Shown: positions 58,688 to 64,000 of the stretch, piece after piece | Layout: each line of letters opens with the position of its first letter | Position numbering within the stretch: the stretch's first letter is position 1 | Assembly (NCBI GenBank): GCA_965277285.1 | Contig: OZ255721.1 | Location: 3,616,001-3,680,000 of the forward strand | Reading direction: 5' to 3' | DNA: 64,000 nt | Source: Abditibacteriaceae bacterium | Lineage (GTDB): Bacteria > Armatimonadota > Abditibacteriia > Abditibacteriales > Abditibacteriaceae | Translations under genes and position numbers: made by a program | Notes under the pieces: model-generated | What the model was told of the DNA's origin: nothing | Databases searched by the model: none | The model's input: the letters and a program-made list of their open reading frames with translations, nothing else

Positions 58688-60808
58688 CTAAAGAGTTGCC
58701 GGTACGACCTCAAAAGTCACTTGCGCTGTTGTCCAATACGCCGGAGGCGCCAGGGCCGCGCCGCGTCGTCGTGTCGCCGAAGACAAGAGCATTTGCGACA
58801 GCGGATTGGAAGGTGCGCCGCCGCGCGATGAACTGCACAAAATCTGGTTGTCGGCGCCGGGCACTTTTTGTACCCACAACGCGCTGAAATCTGCCGGTTG
58901 CTGCGTCGCAATGGCTTTCCAACGCTCGCGCCCATACGGTTCGCTGGCGGTCGCAATCAAGCCTTTGATGACGTGCCATTGTCCATCCGCGGGAATGCGA
59001 TTCAGTTCGCCAATCGGCTGGCGGTCGGGCGGCAAAACCGGATTGATGCTGCCGTCGGGCGGCAAATCGAGAACAGTCACGTAAGCATCGACGGGCGACA
59101 AGTTGCGCAACTTCAACGTGTAACTGTCGCCTTCTTTGAAGACCAGATTGTTGCCGTCATTCGGTTTGATATCGCTGCGCGGCGTGGGATCGTTAGCGCC
59201 TTTAACGGGCACCAGTTGCATCTCGATTTGCAACAAAGATTGAGTGCTGGGCGAATTGCCCAGACGATTGAGAAATTGCCAGCGCCATTCGGCGTTGAGG
59301 GCTTTGCGCATTTCGTCGAACATTTTTTCGTCGTTGTTAATGCGCGCCACAATCTGATGATCGCTGCGCCGCTGCACTTCCAACTGATGTCCGACTTGAA
59401 CAATTGAAACGTCGCAGTTCTGGCGCGTGGCGCTGTCGTCCATCACGCTCAGGCTTTCGTCTTCGTTGGCGCTCTTTTGCGCCGCTTTCAACTTTTGCAC
59501 CCAATCGCCGCTGCCATCCAAAAATGCCTTGAGCCGATTGTCGCCGTAATTGTGCGCGGTTTCAATGGCGCGCGCCGCCACCAAATCGGCGGACGGGACT
59601 TTCGAGTACTCGATGTCCAACTTCGCCTGCGAGGTGAAGTCATCAACGGATGTAATCGTCGCCGTGGCGAGAAGATTTTTGGCGTCGTTGACATCGCTTC
59701 CGGCGCGATACAGGTTGAACGTCGAGCCGACCGACGCGCCTTGAACGAAACCTGTCGGCAGCGTGACAAGTGTTCCATTTACCTGCGAGACGACCAAATA
59801 TTTGCCTGCTGGGCGCGCTGTGCCGGAAAACAACAGTTTGTCGGCGTCACCTTCCATTTGCGGGTTTTGGTTGTCCACTGCGTTTTCGACTTGCGCGCTG
59901 ACGGTCTCAAACAAGGCGCGATACGTCGTTTGCGGCGTGGCGTTTTCCAGGGCGCGCGTCAGATAAAGCGTCAAAGCGCCCATCGGCTGGTTTCTATCGT
60001 TGGCGGCTTCCTGCGCGATTTGGTCGCTGCGCGTCGCCGCGATAACGACGTAACCTTGCGCGACGGCCTCGTCTTTTCCCAACCAATCGCTGGCGTCCGC
60101 AACGTTGGCGCCGCGCGTTGGCTGTAGAGGTTTCGGGCCGTCAATTTTCGGGTTCCAGCCGCGCCCGCGTTTGGGCAAACCATTGCCGCCGCGCGTCGCC
60201 GTGCCGGAAAAACAACTGTCCAAAAACACCGTGATGTTGCCTTGAACCTGACCGTTTTTGTCCTGCATCTTCGCTTTCAAGCGGCGCAGCGAATCGCGGA
60301 TGTCGTCATCCAAAACATCGGCTTTGAGGCCGCTTTGCGCGCTCTGATCGATGTAATCGAAGGGAATAATCGCCTGGTGCATTCCGCTCATTTTTCGATG
60401 TGTCGGGTCGGGCACTTCCTGGCCGTGACCGGAATAATGAAAAACGATGATGTCGCCGGGTCGCGCCTGATCGATCAAGTGGTGTTGCCAGGCATCGAGA
60501 ATGCCTTTTTTGGTCGCTTGCGCGTCTTCCAGCACCAGAATGTCTTTAGCGGCGAAGCCAAAGCGCGATTCGAGTACTCGTTTCATGGTGGCAATATCGG
60601 TCTGGCAATCGAGATTCCACCAATCTTTATCTTCGCCGCGCCCTCGGTCATAATGGCTGATGCCGACCAGCAGCGCCAGTTTGCGCGGCGTTTTTGTCGT
60701 CGCGGTCAGAGGTTTCGTGCTCGACGTTGGCGCGGCTTGAGCGACATGGCAAAAGTTCAAGGCGCACAAGACGCAAACGCTGATTTTGCTCCAAATGGTG
60801 CTTTTCAT
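58688..60808 (-). CDS. Exported caspase-family (peptidase C14) protein with C-terminal DUF4384-like domain
   Basis: Signal peptide ending AQA; KLALLVGI..Y, FHYSGHG, FLDSCFSG catalytic dyad, GALT..L, QNPQMEG; C-terminal YVTVLDL.PDGSI..PYGRERWK.IAT. Confidence 0.88.
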   Translation of the reverse strand: MKSTIWSKISVCVLCALNFCHVAQAAPTSSTKPLTATTKTPRKLALLVGISHYDRGRGEDKDWWNLDCQTDIATMKRVLESRFGFAAKDILVLEDAQATKKGILDAWQHHLIDQARPGDIIVFHYSGHGQEVPDPTHRKMSGMHQAIIPFDYIDQSAQSGLKADVLDDDIRDSLRRLKAKMQDKNGQVQGNITVFLDSCFSGTATRGGNGLPKRGRGWNPKIDGPKPLQPTRGANVADASDWLGKDEAVAQGYVVIAATRSDQIAQEAANDRNQPMGALTLYLTRALENATPQTTYRALFETVSAQVENAVDNQNPQMEGDADKLLFSGTARPAGKYLVVSQVNGTLVTLPTGFVQGASVGSTFNLYRAGSDVNDAKNLLATATITSVDDFTSQAKLDIEYSKVPSADLVAARAIETAHNYGDNRLKAFLDGSGDWVQKLKAAQKSANEDESLSVMDDSATRQNCDVSIVQVGHQLEVQRRSDHQIVARINNDEKMFDEMRKALNAEWRWQFLNRLGNSPSTQSLLQIEMQLVPVKGANDPTPRSDIKPNDGNNLVFKEGDSYTLKLRNLSPVDAYVTVLDLPPDGSINPVLPPDRQPIGELNRIPADGQWHVIKGLIATASEPYGRERWKAIATQQPADFSALWVQKVPGADNQILCSSSRGGAPSNPLSQMLLSSATRRRGAALAPPAYWTTAQVTFEVVPATL

Positions 60809-60984
60809 GGTGAAGAAAGTTCTCCGAACAGACGACATCTTTCGCGCTCATTGTGACATATTTTGCGAGAAATGAGAAAACCGCGCTGTCGCACACTTGA
60901 CAGCCGCCTTGTCGATTTTGCGATATGTCGCGCTAAGGTTGTTTATATTCACTGAGTTATAAAGAAAGTGTGGAAGGCAAGTCC

Positions 60985-61099
60985 ACGGAATGCCCTGAAA
61001 GTAAGAGTGTGTCATTCTGAGCGCAGCGAAGAATCTAACTTGATGCCAGATTCTTCGCTGCGCTCAGAATGACACACTCTTACTTTCAGGGCATTCCGT
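60985..61099. repeat. Perfect 52-bp-arm inverted repeat containing a GTCATTCTGAG-type REP
   Basis: ACGGAATGCCCTGAAAGTAAGAGTGTGTCATTCTGAGCGCAGCGAAGAATCT / exact reverse complement, 11-nt loop. Confidence 0.9.
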
Positions 61100-61105
61100 C
61101 AATTG

Positions 61106-64000
61106 CTATAACGTGTTTTGCGTCAATAATTGCGCGATGCGCGCGGCTTCTTTGTCTTGTGCAGGCGACAAAAGTTTTTTATCGCGGAAGGCTTTGAAAT
61201 CGTCCAGTGCGGTTTGCGCGAAGGTTTTTCCGGCGCTGATTTGGACGCGACGGTTTTCCAGATAAAGCACTTCGGCTTTGTCGTTTTGCCCCGACAGCAA
61301 ATACGCGTGCGCCAGATTGACCTTGATCCAGCGTTGCGATGCGTCGGTTTGCAGGCCGCGCGAAGCCGAAACAACCGCGTCTTGCGGACGATGCGCCAGC
61401 AATTGCGCCCACGCCAAAGCACCATAAACTTGCGCTAAATATTGCGTGTTCACCGTTCGATCACGCTCGTTGGCGGCGCTGCGCACCAGCTCGGCGATGG
61501 TCGTCACTCCTTGTTGATACGACGCAATCGCGCGCGCATAATCGTTCTGCGCGACGTAAACATCCGCCATTTTGTTGAAGATGACAGCTAAATCGCGGCG
61601 CGCCTGCGAACTGAAAGGCGACAAATCGGTCAGGATTTTGGCGGCTCGTGCGTCGAAATCCAGCGCTTCCTTCGCTTTGTTTTGCGCCAGTCGCAAGTCG
61701 CCCATGTTTTTCCACGCAATCGCCAGATCGCGCTGCGCTTCGGGCGTCGGATTTTGGTGCAGCAAGCGCACGCGCAAATCGAGGCTTTTCCCCAGCGCGT
61801 TCTGAGCGTCGCCGATTTTGCCGCCCAGCAACTGCAACACGCCGATTTTTTCCAAACTCACCGCCAGGTCGCGCTGCGATTGAGTACTCGATAGAGCGTT
61901 TCCGTTCGAGGCCAGCGTTTCGCGGATGGCCAGACTTTTCTGGTACGAATCCAAGGCTTGCGCGGCCTGGTTGCCCAGAAATTGTGCGTCGCCGATTTTT
62001 TCGTAACTCACCGAAAGGCCGCGCTGCGCTTCGCGGTCGTCGCCATTGCGCGACAATTGAAGCCCGATTTGCAAACTCTTCTGGTAAGCATTGAGCGCAC
62101 CCGCCGCATCGTTGGTTTCCACTAACAAATCGCCCATTTTTTCGTAACTCGCCGCCAGATCGTTTTGCGCTTGGATGCTTGGTCGTTGTTGCGCCAGAGT
62201 TTGAAAAATGGCGAAACTTTTGTTGAATTGCTGCAAGGCCTGGGCGTCGTTGCCCAGCACGACGGCGGTCGAACCGCTGCGCTCGAAGTTGAGCGCCTTT
62301 TCGCGTTGCGCTTCGGGCGTGTCGGGGTTCAAGCGCAAAATTTTGTCGACGATCTGGTCGTTGGTGTCCTGAATCGTTTTCAGAACGGGCAAGCTGCCCG
62401 GCACATCTTTCAATTGATCGGGAATCGTATTCGTCCAAATGTTGATCGCTTGTAGCGCCAGATTTTTCTGCTTTTCGGCGCGCTGCCATTGCCCGAACGA
62501 GAACACGCCGAAACCTGTCACCAAAACGAAAAAACCTGCCGCCACTGATGAAATTGTAACCCGTCGAATGCGACGCGCGCGGCTTTGTTTGCGATGCGAA
62601 GATTCGATGTATTCGACCAGGTTTGCGTCGAGATCGTCGCGGCGCTTGAGCAAAATATCTTCGGCTTCGGCCAGAGGTTTTCCTGGCGGCAGCAATAAAT
62701 CGGGGTTCTGGTTTTCGCTTTTCCAGCGCGCGGCGGATTGTGCCACGCGGTCGCGGGCGCGCAGGAAATCGCGGTTTTCCTCGAGCCAGTTTTGCACGCG
62801 CGGCCAGCGTCGCAGCAGCGCTTCGTGTGCCACACCAACCACAGCGCGCCCATCATCCGCGCAATCCGTGACCAAAAGCCGCGCGGCGACAAACGCTTCC
62901 ACCAGAGCGCGGCGCGGCGGCGTATCGCACAAGGTTTCCAGAGGCACGCGCTGTCCCGTCATTCCTGCCGCGTCGCTCTGCTTTCGAGTACTCGAATCGT
63001 TCACCGTCACCAGGCAACGCAACACCGATGGCAAGGCGTTGCGCGCGTCTTCATCCAACTGCGAAAAAACGTCTTCCGCGCGCCGCGCCAGAGCGCCTTC
63101 CGGCCCGCCCAGTTCATCGTAAGCCGCAAAAGTGAGAATGTTATCGGGCGTGCGGCGTTGCCACAATTCATCGAGCGTGAATTCCAAAAGCGGCAAGGCT
63201 TCGGGATCGCGCCAGGCGGCTTCGTGCAGCCGTTCGTCCAATCGCTCGCCAGTTTTCGGGTCGCTTTCAAAACGCAGGCCAGCGGCGCGCGAAGGATTGC
63301 GAATCATCTGCCCGACTTCGGCGAAGGTCGGCGGCAGCAAGTCGTAACTTCCGCTTCCTTCTTTCAAAGCGACAAGTGTCGGAACTTCGGCACACCGCGC
63401 ATAAAAATCGCTGCGCATCGTCGCCACGACCCAGACGGCGCCGCTGCGTGCCAAAGCCGCAATCGCTTCGATGAAACTGCGCCGCGCGTTGTCGCCGATC
63501 TTTTCCAGCGTCCACAATTCCTCGAGCTGATCCAGAACTAAGAAAAAGCGCGCTTCGGGCGGCGAATCCAAACCTTCGCGCTTGCCCGTATCTTCCGCAG
63601 CGCGCTTCAAGGCGGCGCGAATTGGTGCAACCGCGCGTTCGGGCGCCTGACGCAAAAGCGCCGCGAGTTCCCTTTCGTCCAAGCCGTCTTTGCGCAGTTC
63701 TGGCAAGGCGCTTTTGTCCAACAACGACGCGGCCAAACCCGCAATCAGGTCGTTCGTTTCGCCACTTTCGAGTACTCGATTGGCGTCTGAAGAAATGGCA
63801 TCGGCTGCGCGCAAAATGCTCCAGCGCCACAAACCGATGTGTTCGATGACGCCCGGCTGCGTGATCGTCGGCAAAACTCCGGCGCGCACCAAAGACGATT
63901 TGCCGCTGCCGCTGCGTCCAAAAACCAGCGTGAAGGCGCAATTTTCGCTCGCGCGCCGCACTAAAATATCGCGGATTTCTCCGATAGCGTGCGTGCGTCC
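61106..64000 (-). CDS. nSTAND1-type NTPase + TM helix + TPR repeats (N-terminus outside window)
   Basis: Frame is open to 64000 (GRTHAIGEIRDILVRR..); Walker A GRSGSGKSSL.RAG, Walker B LVLDQLEE, TMRSDF, LPLLEF.L.ELW, AHEALL..WP; TM helix; QRDLA.S..KIGD TPR units. Confidence 0.88.
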   Translation of the reverse strand, partial: GRTHAIGEIRDILVRRASENCAFTLVFGRSGSGKSSLVRAGVLPTITQPGVIEHIGLWRWSILRAADAISSDANRVLESGETNDLIAGLAASLLDKSALPELRKDGLDERELAALLRQAPERAVAPIRAALKRAAEDTGKREGLDSPPEARFFLVLDQLEELWTLEKIGDNARRSFIEAIAALARSGAVWVVATMRSDFYARCAEVPTLVALKEGSGSYDLLPPTFAEVGQMIRNPSRAAGLRFESDPKTGERLDERLHEAAWRDPEALPLLEFTLDELWQRRTPDNILTFAAYDELGGPEGALARRAEDVFSQLDEDARNALPSVLRCLVTVNDSSTRKQSDAAGMTGQRVPLETLCDTPPRRALVEAFVAARLLVTDCADDGRAVVGVAHEALLRRWPRVQNWLEENRDFLRARDRVAQSAARWKSENQNPDLLLPPGKPLAEAEDILLKRRDDLDANLVEYIESSHRKQSRARRIRRVTISSVAAGFFVLVTGFGVFSFGQWQRAEKQKNLALQAINIWTNTIPDQLKDVPGSLPVLKTIQDTNDQIVDKILRLNPDTPEAQREKALNFERSGSTAVVLGNDAQALQQFNKSFAIFQTLAQQRPSIQAQNDLAASYEKMGDLLVETNDAAGALNAYQKSLQIGLQLSRNGDDREAQRGLSVSYEKIGDAQFLGNQAAQALDSYQKSLAIRETLASNGNALSSTQSQRDLAVSLEKIGVLQLLGGKIGDAQNALGKSLDLRVRLLHQNPTPEAQRDLAIAWKNMGDLRLAQNKAKEALDFDARAAKILTDLSPFSSQARRDLAVIFNKMADVYVAQNDYARAIASYQQGVTTIAELVRSAANERDRTVNTQYLAQVYGALAWAQLLAHRPQDAVVSASRGLQTDASQRWIKVNLAHAYLLSGQNDKAEVLYLENRRVQISAGKTFAQTALDDFKAFRDKKLLSPAQDKEAARIAQLLTQNTL

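Larger units (their letters stand above)
659..63779. repeat. Dispersed highly iterated palindrome TCGAGTACTCGA
   Basis: Perfect 12-mers start at 659, 4709, 5964, 7197, 10466, 12382, 12797, 14323, 14826, 15672, 17864, 18732, 20050, 22005, 22558, 23258, 24864, 25490, 27695, 30797, 32513, 35218, 35545, 36218, 38575, 42484, 43185, 45164, 45833, 46835, 47123, 48161, 48625, 53876, 54543, 55365, 57223, 57807, 59602, 62984, 63768 (41 by manual scan). Confidence 0.97.

Noticed and set aside
659..63779. Palindrome as a cloning linker, adapter or assembly artefact
   Set aside because: Copies keep reading frames intact in all three phases, encode conserved residues (RadA DRVLGGG, XerC SSTQIY), show natural one-base variants and sit centrally in hairpins with matching genomic arms. 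Read-level confirmation is still advisable.
659..63779. Palindrome copies or REP hairpins as a CRISPR array
   Set aside because: Dispersed at irregular kb-scale distances, no constant repeat-spacer period, no cas genes.
1..64000. tRNA, rRNA, tmRNA or transposase genes
   Set aside because: No recognisable cloverleaf, rRNA signature or DDE/HUH transposase ORF found by eye.

Overview
64-kb stretch of a bacterial chromosome, moderately GC-rich, with no rRNA, tRNA or CRISPR array that I could recognise. Gene order (radA-yacL-ispD-ispF, trmFO-xerC, YsnF, several RsbU-type phosphatases) combined with a large outer-membrane beta-barrel suggests a diderm Terrabacteria lineage such as Abditibacteriota/Armatimonadota; this is inference only. 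Most of the window is housekeeping and signalling genes interrupted by short AT-richer accessory genes and many REP/MITE-like palindromes. Two signals stand out. (1) The palindrome TCGAGTACTCGA (usually W-flanked) occurs in 41 perfect copies by my manual count, plus 7 more CGAGTACTCG cores and about 19 near-variants. It is used in all three reading frames of conserved genes (RVLE/D, SSTR, IEYS), sits at the apex of terminator hairpins, and is missing from the AT-rich accessory genes. It behaves like a highly iterated palindrome or uptake-sequence-like genome signature that is not cyanobacterial HIP1. (2) A DUF11-domain operon (1-10720) has split domains: the main subunit and the outer-membrane barrel protein each begin with the last two strands of a DUF11 domain (including the isopeptide-type Asn), and the main subunit ends in a DUF11 domain that lacks exactly those strands but keeps Lys and Asp. 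This suggests a head-to-tail, donor-strand, possibly covalently linked surface fibre anchored on a beta-barrel. All counts and alignments were done by eye.
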